The notes under the pieces are model-generated. The model searched no databases. It worked only from the letters and a program-made list of their open reading frames with translations, and had not been told where the DNA came from. A DNA stretch of 64,000 nucleotides. Origin: Leptospiraceae bacterium (GTDB taxonomy: Bacteria > Spirochaetota > Leptospiria > Leptospirales > Leptonemataceae). The DNA is taken from the NCBI GenBank assembly GCA_040217195.1, contig JAVJNR010000005.1:96001-160000 (forward strand), written 5' to 3'. Shown here piece by piece: positions 39,855 through 49,903 of the stretch. Within the stretch, counting starts at the first letter, position 1; every line of letters begins with the position of its first letter. The translations under genes and the position numbers were made by a program.

Positions 39855-40806
39855 AGACGGCGCTCCTATCTGAAACAATTCGCGCTTTCTTGATAACTGA
39901 TTTGTTCCTAAAAGCCAGAATTCGCACAGGGATTTGATCTCCCACATTGCCATCCTTGTAAGCAACGCAACGAATCTTCAAAACCAGTCCAGGCTTCTGA
40001 TATATCAAATCCATGCTCTGGCCACGACGAATATCCGGAGTTTCCTGGATGGCCGGTGACTGCAGCACGTCTCCCTTCTTCACGGGTGCATTTAGCTTCC
40101 AACCATGGATGTTTTCGCCTGAATAATCCTTTAACTTTCCATCCGTGTATCGGACTTCTAGCTTATAGTCCCCTTCCTTGATGGTTTCTCCAAAGTTCAG
40201 ATTTCTCTGAGCAACAGGCACTCGAACCTTTTGAAGAATGCGAACTGGCACGGTCTGTCTGAAAATAATTCTCTTTCCCTGCTCGGGATCCATTACATCC
40301 ACTGTAATGTTTCGGTGCCCCGGACCAGGCTGAAGACCACTGAATTTGATAATCGAATGCAGTCTGGAATTGTACAGAATTCCTTTCCGGGCTTCTACGC
40401 GATAGAGTCCTGGATCGTGCGGACTGTTTTCCATAATGCCTTCAAAGAATTCCCCGGTTTCTGTAGCAGACAGCTTTTCTGTCAGTGGAATGACCCAGAT
40501 GCCCTTGCCGTAAATACTGCTCTCTATTCCTCCGCTTTGAAGCAATGCCTGTTTTAATCGATCATCCGAAAGATACAGAGGTGCATCCAGACTTTCCATC
40601 ACCACCTTTTCGGAGAATTGCATGGAAGCCCCATCCAGGGTGCCCAGATCCGATAGTTTCACAGGAAAGCTCTCTATAACAGCCACTGGCTTCAGCTTGA
40701 GAGTCAATGATGGATGACCCTGATTTGCAAAACTCTGGCTTTCTCCCTGTAAGAATGATGGAAGTAGCAGACATGGAAGTAATACCAGAGTAGCCAGTCG
40801 ATGCAT
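39844..40806 (-). CDS. flgA: Flagellar P-ring assembly chaperone
   Basis: SAF-like VPVAQRNLNFGETI and C-terminal IRRGQ...DGNVGDQIPVR; start MHRLATL inferred. Confidence 0.85.
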   Translation of the reverse strand: MHRLATLVLLPCLLLPSFLQGESQSFANQGHPSLTLKLKPVAVIESFPVKLSDLGTLDGASMQFSEKVVMESLDAPLYLSDDRLKQALLQSGGIESSIYGKGIWVIPLTEKLSATETGEFFEGIMENSPHDPGLYRVEARKGILYNSRLHSIIKFSGLQPGPGHRNITVDVMDPEQGKRIIFRQTVPVRILQKVRVPVAQRNLNFGETIKEGDYKLEVRYTDGKLKDYSGENIHGWKLNAPVKKGDVLQSPAIQETPDIRRGQSMDLIYQKPGLVLKIRCVAYKDGNVGDQIPVRILAFRNKSVIKKARIVSDRSAVYEP

Positions 40807-41031
40807 GCCAACTCCTCCGAACAGAGAACGGATTAGCCCGAATTGAACCGGGGCACAAAGGCTGGATTTTGACACTGGCATAAAGTACCTGTATTGGATG
40901 AAGTCCAGAACTGCGATCCCACAACTTTGCAGGTAAAACATGAATGTAGAAAAAAGGCATCCGAAGCCGAAGCTTCGGATGTAACACAGGATACGCGGTC
41001 TTGGAAAAAACACAGTATTGCACCTGCGCAA

Positions 41032-41829
41032 TTAGCGCTTCATCGAAATGGCTGTGCCCAACATAGAATCAGACGTCATTACGGCTCTAGAGTTCGACTC
41101 ATAAGCCCGTTGAGCCACGATCATATTCACCATTTCTTCCACGAGCTTCACATTGGACATTTCCAGAAAGCCCTGCAAGATGGAACCCATACCATCCAGT
41201 CCCGGAGTTCCCTGGATTTCCGGTCCTGAGGCCACGGTTTCCTTGAACAGGTTTTGGCCTATGGCCTGCAACCCCGCCGGATTCACGAATCGATATAGAT
41301 CAATCTGACCGATTCTGGTGGGACGAATTTCATCTCCCACCTTTACTGTAACCTCTCCGTTCTCGCTTATTTGCAGAGAATTATTGATAGCACCGGGGGG
41401 CAGCGTAATCGGTGGTTCCAGTAGGTACCCGTTGGAGGTTACAATTTGCTGATTGGAATCAATCTTGAAGGATCCATCCCTGGAATAAGCGAAGCTACCA
41501 TCTGGCATCAAGATCTTAAAGAATCCCACTTCAGAGGTAATGGCCATGTCGAATTTATTGCCTGTGGACTGCAGGCTTCCCATTTCAAATAGCTTCTGGG
41601 TGGCTGCTACTCTAGTTCCATGTCCCACATAAACGCCGGTGGGGATTTCGCTCACGGCAGTGGCCGGAGTGCCCGCAAGGACCTGTTGCTGATACACCAG
41701 ATCCTGAAAATCGGCCCGATTCTTCTTAAAGCCTGTGGTGTTCACATTGGACAGGTTATTGGAAATCGTGTCCATGTGATACTGCTGGGCAATCATGCCC
41801 GTGGCGGCGGTCCAGAGAGATCTTAACAT
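41032..41829 (-). CDS. flgG: Flagellar distal rod protein
   Basis: MLRSLWTAATGM, ISNNLSNVNTTGFK, LEMSNV..VEEMVNMIVAQRAYE. Confidence 0.97.
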   Translation of the reverse strand: MLRSLWTAATGMIAQQYHMDTISNNLSNVNTTGFKKNRADFQDLVYQQQVLAGTPATAVSEIPTGVYVGHGTRVAATQKLFEMGSLQSTGNKFDMAITSEVGFFKILMPDGSFAYSRDGSFKIDSNQQIVTSNGYLLEPPITLPPGAINNSLQISENGEVTVKVGDEIRPTRIGQIDLYRFVNPAGLQAIGQNLFKETVASGPEIQGTPGLDGMGSILQGFLEMSNVKLVEEMVNMIVAQRAYESNSRAVMTSDSMLGTAISMKR

Positions 41830-41836
41830 ATCATCA

Positions 41837-41863
41837 GCATCGGCCTTATTTACAGAAAAATTA
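41837..41863 (-). promoter_or_regulatory. Putative sigma28 promoter of flgG (TAAT-N15-GCCGATGC)
   Basis: Close to the TAAA-N15-GCCGATAA consensus; the -10 ends 7 nt before the ATG. Confidence 0.5.
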
Positions 41864-41936
41864 GAATAAAGAGATAGTCGCTGGAGACATATTTCTCTGA
41901 TTCAGACTTCAGACTTCAGGCCCCAGGGCTCGGGGA

Positions 41937-43286
41937 TCAGACTTCTTTGCGAATTACGAGACAGCGATTCGTATTTGTTCCCCGGGAGTTGTTGGTCACT
42001 TTCCAGCAATTTGCCAGCTTGGTGAATTCCTGCTGATTGATGCAAATTTCCCGGGCAACCACTCGCCCGCCACCCTGCACTTCTAGAGGAAGCATTTCTG
42101 CCATTTCTCTTTCCAGAAGGATCAACTCATTTCCAGAGATCACTTCACCCACTTCAATAATTGCATGGCCGCCTGGTTTTAGCACTCGTCCAAATTCCCG
42201 GATAGCCTCTCGCATAAAGTCCTTCCATTGCTCCAATCGTGCAAATACGGCAAGGGGAAGCTCATCCATTTTATCTTCTACGCCCAGAAACCAGGCCCGC
42301 ATCCAGTTATCCTTCTTATAGTCTACTTTATCCAGAAATGGAGGAGATGTAACAATTAGATCTACGCAAGAGGTTTCCACTCCATCCAGGTTGCGAGCAT
42401 CGCAAGACAGATAACGATTCATGGATGCAGCGCTATTAAATGAAGGATGCAATGGGGCAACCAGATCCCTCTTCATCTTCTTATGAATCCTTTCTTTGAT
42501 TGCTTTGTATTCAGGAGTCAGTCCCCTTTTTCGATTATTCTTTCTTTGAGCATCCGGCATGATGGAAATCTGGGGAAAGGAATAGACCGAGAAGAATCCA
42601 TCCGAGTGACCGTGTAGCCGGGAAAGAGCGGTCAATGCAATATAAGATAGTGCGCTGTCTTCTGGATCATTCAGATGCAATTGCCTCAGGTTATGAATCT
42701 CATGAATGGTTTTTTCATGAAAGAATGGCTCCAGACGAAGAAAGTCTCCATCCGTTACATTACTCTTCTTCGAAGAAAGCTCGATAGAATCAAGCCTCTG
42801 TTGCAGTTCTGACAGTTCTGGAATTCTTCGACGGGCCCGTCCTAGAAAGCTGGCTATGGGACTGAGATCATTGTGAATCCCGGAGAATCCGTTTAAATTA
42901 GATTGTATTGTGGTTGTACCCCGTCCGCCAAATGGATCCAGAATCAGAGCCTCTTGCTTATCGCCTAGAAAACGTTTAATGAAATAATCCGGTAGCTCCG
43001 GTTTGAAACTGGCCCGGTAGCTTACTGTATAATGGATAGGATGCATCTGCCGCTGCCTGGAAGTCCATAATTCTCCCACCGTTTCCGGAACATCCGATGC
43101 CTTGTATCGATTGTCTGAAAGCGGGCGAACTTTACTATCTGGCAGAATACTGCGCTGGCCCACAGCAGCAGCGGCGCTAACTTTTGATACGGACCGAGGG
43201 GTATTTCCTGAAGCGGACCGAATCTTCTTTCCTGGCTGTTTAGATACGACTGACCTTTCTGCCTCTCTGGCTGTAGTTGCTCCCAA
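41937..43286 (-). CDS. Orphan amino-DNA methyltransferase (probable N4-cytosine type)
   Basis: SAM motif ILDPFGGRGTT precedes catalytic IVTSPPF; start uncertain. Confidence 0.85.
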   Translation of the reverse strand: MGATTAREAERSVVSKQPGKKIRSASGNTPRSVSKVSAAAAVGQRSILPDSKVRPLSDNRYKASDVPETVGELWTSRQRQMHPIHYTVSYRASFKPELPDYFIKRFLGDKQEALILDPFGGRGTTTIQSNLNGFSGIHNDLSPIASFLGRARRRIPELSELQQRLDSIELSSKKSNVTDGDFLRLEPFFHEKTIHEIHNLRQLHLNDPEDSALSYIALTALSRLHGHSDGFFSVYSFPQISIMPDAQRKNNRKRGLTPEYKAIKERIHKKMKRDLVAPLHPSFNSAASMNRYLSCDARNLDGVETSCVDLIVTSPPFLDKVDYKKDNWMRAWFLGVEDKMDELPLAVFARLEQWKDFMREAIREFGRVLKPGGHAIIEVGEVISGNELILLEREMAEMLPLEVQGGGRVVAREICINQQEFTKLANCWKVTNNSRGTNTNRCLVIRKEV

Positions 43287-43546
43287 TGCTTTCCCCTTCC
43301 GGAGACCGGATCCCGGCTCCCTTATCTAAATGCGAAGACCTTGCAATCCCGGGCAGACACCTGGATTGCTGATCGGGACTTCTGTGTATGAATCGGATCG
43401 GAAGGCAAATCCCGGCTCAAATTTTCCGCCTGCCGGCCTGGAAGGGGTGGCCTGAGCGGGCCCCATCTATTTTTTTGTTTTCACAGGGCTTGCCGGATGA
43501 GGCAGCTCAATACTATCAGACCGCAACAGGGAGGAATCAGTTATAT

Positions 43547-43768
43547 ATGGAGAAGAAGATTGTATTTGTGGATAAAGATGAATGCACCTCCTGTAATCAG
43601 TGCGCAGACAATCTTCCGGTGTATTTTCAAATGGATGATGATGATCTCTCAGAATCTCACAACAATGGAAATAACATTAATGATGCACAGATCCCGGAAA
43701 AGGACTGGGATAATGTTCAAAATGAAATCGATGAATGTCCCGGCGAATGTATTCACTGGAAAAAATAG
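43547..43768 (+). CDS. Single-cluster ferredoxin
   Basis: CTSCNQC...CPGECI; GGAGGA upstream of ATG 43547. Confidence 0.9.
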   Translation: MEKKIVFVDKDECTSCNQCADNLPVYFQMDDDDLSESHNNGNNINDAQIPEKDWDNVQNEIDECPGECIHWKK

Positions 43769-43912
43769 ACTCTAACTACCAGCCTGGCAAAGCAGTGTTT
43801 TCTACATCCCGATTCCTGGAACAGCGCCTGCATTGGCTCTAACTTTCATTTTTCCTGCCTTTCCTAAAAAAGTTCTACATCAAATTTGAGTAAGCCTCCG
43901 ATCAATAAAGCG

Positions 43913-43929
43913 AGGAAGACACGGAGGGT
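43913..43929 (+). promoter_or_regulatory. Two GGA motifs in the flaB leader (putative CsrA sites; second overlaps the SD)
   Basis: AGGA at 43913-43916 and ACACGGAGGGT at 43919-43929. Confidence 0.4.
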
Positions 43930-43934
43930 TACTC

Positions 43935-44783
43935 ATGATTATCAACCACAATATCAGTGCCGTTAATTCGCACCGCACACTGAAATTTCATGACTGGGAT
44001 TTATCCAGGGACATTGAAAAGCTTTCTTCAGGTATGCGGATTAATCGCGCTGGAGATGACGCGGCTGGACTGGCTGTATCTGAAAAGATGAGAACACAGG
44101 TTCAGGGACTGCGTCAGGCAGAAAGAAATGCCGAAGACGGTATCTCTTTCATTCAAACCACGGAAGGTTACTTGCAGGAAACGGCATCCATCATTCAAAG
44201 AATTCGAGTGCTGGCTGTACAATCTGCTAACGGCATTTATTCCGCAGAAGACCGCCAGCAAATCCAGGTAGAGGTTTCTCAGCTAATTGATGAAATCGAT
44301 CGAATCGCATCTCAAGCAGAATTCAATAAAATGAAAATGCTTACAGGTTCCTTCGCTCGGCTGAACCCCACTGCCTCCATGTGGTTCCACATTGGTCCCA
44401 ATATGCACCAGCGCGAGCGAGTGTATGTGAATACCATGACCACTGCAGCGCTGGGTCTGAGAAATCCGACAGTACTGACCTTTATCTCAATCAGTACTCC
44501 AGGCAAAGCCAACTCGGTGATTGGAATGGCCGATGAAGCTCTAAAGCGTATCTCCAAGCAGCGAGCTGACCTGGGTGCATACCAGAATCGACTGGAACAT
44601 GCAGCCAAGGGACTGATGAACGCTTACGAGAATATTCAGGCCTCGGAATCTCGCATTCGAGATACCGACATGGCCGAGAGAATGATTAGCTTTACCAGAT
44701 ACCAGGTTCTGACCCAGGCCGCCACAGCCATGCTGGCCCAGGCAAATCAGAAGCCTCAAACGGTAATGCAGCTACTCCGATAA
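43935..44783 (+). CDS. flaB: Periplasmic flagellar filament core protein (flagellin)
   Basis: MIINHNISA..., [46 protein letters not shown]; 282 aa, spirochaete type. Confidence 0.98.
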   Translation: MIINHNISAVNSHRTLKFHDWDLSRDIEKLSSGMRINRAGDDAAGLAVSEKMRTQVQGLRQAERNAEDGISFIQTTEGYLQETASIIQRIRVLAVQSANGIYSAEDRQQIQVEVSQLIDEIDRIASQAEFNKMKMLTGSFARLNPTASMWFHIGPNMHQRERVYVNTMTTAALGLRNPTVLTFISISTPGKANSVIGMADEALKRISKQRADLGAYQNRLEHAAKGLMNAYENIQASESRIRDTDMAERMISFTRYQVLTQAATAMLAQANQKPQTVMQLLR

Positions 44784-44788
44784 TCTCC

Positions 44789-46072
44789 TCAACCTGAAAA
44801 AAGCACAGACTGGCCGGTGTAGAATAGCCCTGCTACTGCACCGGTCATCAGGCAGGCCAGGTTGGCCGATATTAGAGCGCGCACAGCAACAGAAGCTACT
44901 TCTTTTGTTTTCTCAGGTACAATGGCTGTAATGCCGCCAGCGAAAATCGCCAGGGATGCAAAATGTGCAAACCCACAAAGCGCATAGCTGACGATGATTC
45001 CGCTTCGTTTATCCAGAGTGCCTTCAGCCAGAGCATTGGATAGATGCTGATAGGAGGCTACCTCCGTGACAATGATCCTCTCCCCTACTATACGCCCGGC
45101 TTCAAGAGCCTGTTCCGGATAGATACCCATCATCAAAGCAAAAGGATAGAATACATATCCAAGCAGATCTTCCAGGCTAACTACCGTGCTGCCATCGCTT
45201 AGCCATCCAGAGATGCTTTTTAGCATCAAATTTACCAGCTCCACAAGGCCCAGCACTGCAAGAAGCAAAGCCACAATTCCCAGGATCAGTTTCATTCCGC
45301 TGTTCGAACCACCAATGATTGCCTCAATCAAGGAATCTTCTTTCTCATAATGGGGATGAACATTCATTCCAAGGGTTTCTGGCTGTTCCCTTTCTGGAAC
45401 CAGGATCTTGGAGAAAATGATGGCAGCCGGAGCGCTGATCAAGCTTGCAGATACTAGATGGCCTGCAATTTCCTGAAATTGTCCCTGCAAAGTCAATACA
45501 TAGAGAGCCAGAACGTTGGATGCTACGGTGGCCATACCCGCTGTCAGAACAGTATGCAATTCGCTTCGGGTCATCTTCTGCAGATGGGGTTTAACGGTCA
45601 GAACAGATTCGATTCCTACAAAGATATTGCTGGCTGTAGTCAGTGACTCGGCGCCGGATGTGCGAAATAGCTTTGTAAAGACTCGTGCAAACATTCGCAC
45701 AAGAAAGGACATGATACCAAAATAGTACAGAACGGAGATAAGAGCAGAAAAGAATACAATAGTGGGCAGGGCCTGAAACATTAGAATGAAACCCAGGCTG
45801 CCTTCCTCCCCCGGCCCAAGAGCCAGAGGGCCAAACAGGAACCTGGCACCGGCTGCAGCCGCATTGACCAGGGCCAGCACTCCGCCGTTGATCCATTGAA
45901 ATACAGTAGTTCCGCCAAAGGGCGAAAAAAGAAAACCTGCAATAAGGAATGCCAGAATCAGGCCCGCCAGAACCGGCTTCCATCGTAATGCTTTCCTGTT
46001 TTCTGAGATTAAATAGGCAATGGCAATTAAGCCAAAAATGCCCAGCAAACTGATTCCATTATACCAACTCAT
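44789..46072 (-). CDS. NupC/CNT-family nucleoside transporter
   Basis: LPTIVFFSALIS, ASNIFVG, GMATVA, YALCGFAH; start MSWYNG. Confidence 0.93.
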   Translation of the reverse strand: MSWYNGISLLGIFGLIAIAYLISENRKALRWKPVLAGLILAFLIAGFLFSPFGGTTVFQWINGGVLALVNAAAAGARFLFGPLALGPGEEGSLGFILMFQALPTIVFFSALISVLYYFGIMSFLVRMFARVFTKLFRTSGAESLTTASNIFVGIESVLTVKPHLQKMTRSELHTVLTAGMATVASNVLALYVLTLQGQFQEIAGHLVSASLISAPAAIIFSKILVPEREQPETLGMNVHPHYEKEDSLIEAIIGGSNSGMKLILGIVALLLAVLGLVELVNLMLKSISGWLSDGSTVVSLEDLLGYVFYPFALMMGIYPEQALEAGRIVGERIIVTEVASYQHLSNALAEGTLDKRSGIIVSYALCGFAHFASLAIFAGGITAIVPEKTKEVASVAVRALISANLACLMTGAVAGLFYTGQSVLFSG

Positions 46073-46223
46073 CCGGTTACTGCTCCGGATTGAGGCCTTA
46101 CAGGCAATGAAATTTCCCGGCTTCCAGTAAGGTTCCCAAATCAGTCCGGAAAAGTGTAGCTTGAGCAAAAGGCGATACCGATTTCTATTGCTCAAAAAGG
46201 CATTACCCGTATAGTTTGCCCGG

Positions 46224-48344
46224 ATGGAGCGTCCGAACCATTACTCTGATCGTGCCATTCTATTATTTAGCGCGGGACTGGCCTGTATTCTGGGTCTGGC
46301 CTGGCTTACTGAGACTTTCTTCTTTTCCATCTATCAATTTCAAGACTGGGATCGGGCGGGCAACCGGATGTCCCGATATTTCATGGAAAGCGGGTACGGT
46401 CTTCGCCCGCTCGGTATATTGCTTCTATATTGTGGCTTGCTCACCCTGCTCGGTAACGTACTGAATTACTTTCATCTACCCAGGCTCTTTCTGGGCCTGG
46501 GGGCTGGAATCAACTCCCTGTTGATTCTCTGGCCTTTGATTCGAGTAGTTGTTTACTATTATATGCGGCTGGAAGTAACCATGGATCTGGCGCTCTACGG
46601 ACTAACCGAGATCCGGGGATTGATCTTTGCCACAGCTCCAGATGCGCTCAGTATAGATTTCACCCTTCCAGGGGTTTTTCTACTATTCTGGATACTGAGC
46701 GCTGGCTGGGCCTATACATTTCATCGCTGGCTCCGGGCTCCTCTTTCGCCCGAGCCCTATAAACTCAAACCAGTTGGGGCCTCCATTGGATTGCTAATCC
46801 TGCTGTCCGGACCTTTGATGGCCTTTGTAGCTCCCACTCAAGACCATCAGAGGGTGGCCAACCCAGATGAGGGGCAAAAGCAGCCTGCAAGCGGTAATTC
46901 TCCCTTCCCTCTGGAGGAGCAACTGGAACTAAAACAACATCCACATCAGAATTTCTTCGCAGAGAGATTCGGATTCAATCTACCGGCCAATACAAATGTT
47001 GTTATCATTATCCTGGAAAGTGCCAGAGAGGAATTTGTGGATCTGGAACGATCCAAATTCTTCGCTCCGAATCTAAGAGAAACTATAGTTGCGAAGCATT
47101 TCTTTGTGCCGGTGCCTCACAGCTCCAACTCTCATTACTCCATGTACACAGGGATGCACAGCGGTCGGGACTTTAATGAACTGTATGGTCAATTACAGCC
47201 TGGTACTACAATGCCGGTTTTGCTGCAGAAACTGGGATACAAGAATCACTATGTGTATACAGACAGCACTGCCTTCGAATCAGAAATTATAATGCTACGC
47301 AAGCTAAATATGAGCATTATCGAAAAGGCAGACTTCATGAAGCGAAAGAATCCGGAAACTGGCGAACCATATGCCAGTTTTCAATTCGGTCTGGATGATG
47401 TTGCCCTGGTTCATGAAACCCAGAATATCCTGGATAGTGTTCAGGAACCATTCACCATGACTGCGGTGATGACCAATTCGCATTATCCGTATCATAATCC
47501 CCATCCAGATCAATTCAATCGGTTCGATAACACGAAGATTCGCGGCCGGCATCGAAATGGAGTCGATTATGGTCTGCACATTGCAGATCGCATTGTAGAG
47601 GAATTCCAGAAAAGGGATATGGCAGAACGAACATTGTTTATCCTTATCTCAGATCATGGAGAGAGCTTTGGCGAACGCGGGGCCCACGGACATAGCTTCA
47701 GTATTTACAATGAGGAGGTACGGGTACCCCTGGTCTTTCGACATCATCAGTTTCACCGAGTCTGGCAGGAAGATCCATTGCCCCGAGCCACAATGCTGGA
47801 TCTATTTCCCACAATTTTCGATATGCTAGGTTTATCCTACGATGGCACACGACATGGACGTAGCGCCTTTGATCCGAACTATCAATTCCATCTTCCTCTC
47901 TGGGTCTGGAGAGTAGATGACTTTCGCGGTTATATTCTGGGCGATACGAAATGGATCTACTCGGACCCGGAACAGACTATATACAGATTGGATCTCCATG
48001 ATCAGATTCAGGCTGCATGGAGCGATGATCGCATGGATGGACATGCAGAGAAGTTTGTGGAAACTCTACAGGCTCTGGATATGGGACTTGCCCCAGGCAA
48101 GGTTGGAGTTGCAGGACAAATATTATCTCCTCCCCTTCGCATGGGACCCTTTGCCACGGGCGCCAGTTTCCATGGCGGCGGAGGCAAGTTGTATACGGAC
48201 TGTGATCAGCTACCGCCTCATATTGAATGTGCACTTCCGGATGAATCTGTGGAACTCAGGGGAGATCCGCAACGCCGGGTACCTTTTATAAATGCCCAGG
48301 GCGAAGAGGTGCTGGTCCATTGTCCATTCTGTGTTGGACCCTAG
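46224..48344 (+). CDS. Membrane-bound sulfatase/LTA-synthase-like protein with Cys-containing C-terminal extension
   Basis: 5 TM, NVVIIILES, SHYPY, ISDHGESFGE.G..GH, DLFPT. Confidence 0.85.
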   Translation: MERPNHYSDRAILLFSAGLACILGLAWLTETFFFSIYQFQDWDRAGNRMSRYFMESGYGLRPLGILLLYCGLLTLLGNVLNYFHLPRLFLGLGAGINSLLILWPLIRVVVYYYMRLEVTMDLALYGLTEIRGLIFATAPDALSIDFTLPGVFLLFWILSAGWAYTFHRWLRAPLSPEPYKLKPVGASIGLLILLSGPLMAFVAPTQDHQRVANPDEGQKQPASGNSPFPLEEQLELKQHPHQNFFAERFGFNLPANTNVVIIILESAREEFVDLERSKFFAPNLRETIVAKHFFVPVPHSSNSHYSMYTGMHSGRDFNELYGQLQPGTTMPVLLQKLGYKNHYVYTDSTAFESEIIMLRKLNMSIIEKADFMKRKNPETGEPYASFQFGLDDVALVHETQNILDSVQEPFTMTAVMTNSHYPYHNPHPDQFNRFDNTKIRGRHRNGVDYGLHIADRIVEEFQKRDMAERTLFILISDHGESFGERGAHGHSFSIYNEEVRVPLVFRHHQFHRVWQEDPLPRATMLDLFPTIFDMLGLSYDGTRHGRSAFDPNYQFHLPLWVWRVDDFRGYILGDTKWIYSDPEQTIYRLDLHDQIQAAWSDDRMDGHAEKFVETLQALDMGLAPGKVGVAGQILSPPLRMGPFATGASFHGGGGKLYTDCDQLPPHIECALPDESVELRGDPQRRVPFINAQGEEVLVHCPFCVGP

Positions 48345-48453
48345 TACATAAAATGATGCAACCTGGACTTAATATCCAAGATTGGAATCCAGGATTCAAT
48401 CGGCATGAATCGCAGTAAGGAAAGCCAACTTTACTGCACAAGGAAAAACGAAT

Positions 48454-48834
48454 ATGCTAAAGAAATCTATCAATCTAATCATCTTACTGGCTCTGACCAT
48501 CCTGGTGCAGAGCCTACCGTCAAAGCTGCAGGCAGCCTCGGCCATTGCATACAGTCCTCAGGCCTACGGATACAGCTTCAACGTGGCAACGGTGGAAGAA
48601 GCAGAACGCCTGGCCATTGAAATGGCCAAAAAGCATGGTGGTATCGATGTGAAGATACTGGTATCCACAGACAAACATGGATACGGAGCCATCGCTGCTG
48701 ACGGAAATTTGCTGGTGGGTGTGGTAGGCTATCCGGACCTTCGCAGCGCAACTCAAAAGACTATCAGCGAATGCGTAAGAAAAGGGTGCAAGCAACCAAG
48801 ACTAATCGCTACCTGGTACGATCGGGGTTACTAA
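48454..48834 (+). CDS. DUF4189-like secreted protein
   Basis: Signal peptide; AIAYS...YGYSFN..T.EEAE..A, GAIA, C...GC. Confidence 0.65.
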   Translation: MLKKSINLIILLALTILVQSLPSKLQAASAIAYSPQAYGYSFNVATVEEAERLAIEMAKKHGGIDVKILVSTDKHGYGAIAADGNLLVGVVGYPDLRSATQKTISECVRKGCKQPRLIATWYDRGY

Positions 48835-48838
48835 TAGT

Positions 48839-49774
48839 TTATCTTTCCGCTGAATTGGATCGGGTATCCGGTATTTGCAGGTCGGCCATCACTCCATAAT
48901 GGTCCGATGGAGGGATCTCTTTCCCTCTATACTTCAATACTTTTTCCGTTCCAAGCAAAACCACATTCTGAAGTTTCCAGGAGTCTTCAAACAGAAATAT
49001 ATAATCCAGGCGCCTGCTTTCCTCTCCTTCGAAGCGAAACATCAAGGAAAGCGGGTTTTCCTCCTGATTCCAGGTCAGACCCGGATGCTGTCCATGCATT
49101 TCCCTCCATAAATCCCTGTGGCCCCTGGGAATGGAGCGGCGCTCCGGTTCTGCTTTTGCTTCATCGCCAAAGTTGAAATCCCCCAGCATGATTGCAGGTT
49201 CCTTGATTAAGGGTGAGATACTTCGAATCTGTCTGGCGCGAATCGGGCCATCATTCAAATAGCTTTCCAGATGTAGATTCACTAGAGAGAAGGTACGGGA
49301 GTTTCCAGGACGGTTCTGGCCACCGCTTTCTATGCGAAACTCAACTCTCTGAGCATACCTTCCCATTCGCCCGGGCAAACGATAGTACCGACTGGAAACC
49401 ACCGGCAAGCGGCTGGCCACTACCATCCTCCCCTTTATCCAGGCTGCCTTTCCAGGAATCAGTCGATAGGTTTCTGAAAACTGGGTATCGCTCTTTAGAA
49501 GTGCATAGTACTCGGGAGTCATCTCCTGAAATGCGATCACATCTGCGTTGGAGGAGACCAGAATCTGACTTACCGCCCTGGCCCGTTCAGTTCTAAGGAA
49601 TTCCCGGAGCGAAACATTATAGGTAATGATCCGAAGGGAGGGCCCCTCTTCACCTGGATCGGAAATGGCCGGTGGTTCATTTCCTTTTAAATCCTCTGCA
49701 GACGGACCGGCACAGCCGGTTATCAGAACAACGATCAGGACGCAGCAGAGATTGTAGAATCGTCCAAAAGTCAT
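48839..49774 (-). CDS. Endonuclease/exonuclease/phosphatase (EEP) family lipoprotein
   Basis: Lipobox ITGC; ITYNV, AFQE, HLES, GDFN, RLDYIF, PSDH. Confidence 0.9.
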   Translation of the reverse strand: MTFGRFYNLCCVLIVVLITGCAGPSAEDLKGNEPPAISDPGEEGPSLRIITYNVSLREFLRTERARAVSQILVSSNADVIAFQEMTPEYYALLKSDTQFSETYRLIPGKAAWIKGRMVVASRLPVVSSRYYRLPGRMGRYAQRVEFRIESGGQNRPGNSRTFSLVNLHLESYLNDGPIRARQIRSISPLIKEPAIMLGDFNFGDEAKAEPERRSIPRGHRDLWREMHGQHPGLTWNQEENPLSLMFRFEGEESRRLDYIFLFEDSWKLQNVVLLGTEKVLKYRGKEIPPSDHYGVMADLQIPDTRSNSAER

Positions 49775-49903
49775 AAGCAGAATGCCTCCGGATAGATCTA
49801 AGGTCGGAACATTAGTGGCAACCGTTTATTGGACCGGTGCTGCTCCGGGTTCGGGTCGCTTTTTTTGTAGAAGAGAGGCGGGCCCTCTGCTCCTCTGGAT
49901 GAA

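Noticed and set aside
41937..43286. Restriction-modification or defence island
   Set aside because: The neighbours are flgG and ferredoxin; no nuclease, integrase or other defence gene is present.
43880..43904. Confident sigma28 promoter for flaB
   Set aside because: The -10 (TCCGATCA) is plausible, but the best -35 (TCAA) is 13 rather than 15 nt away, so it is not listed as a feature.
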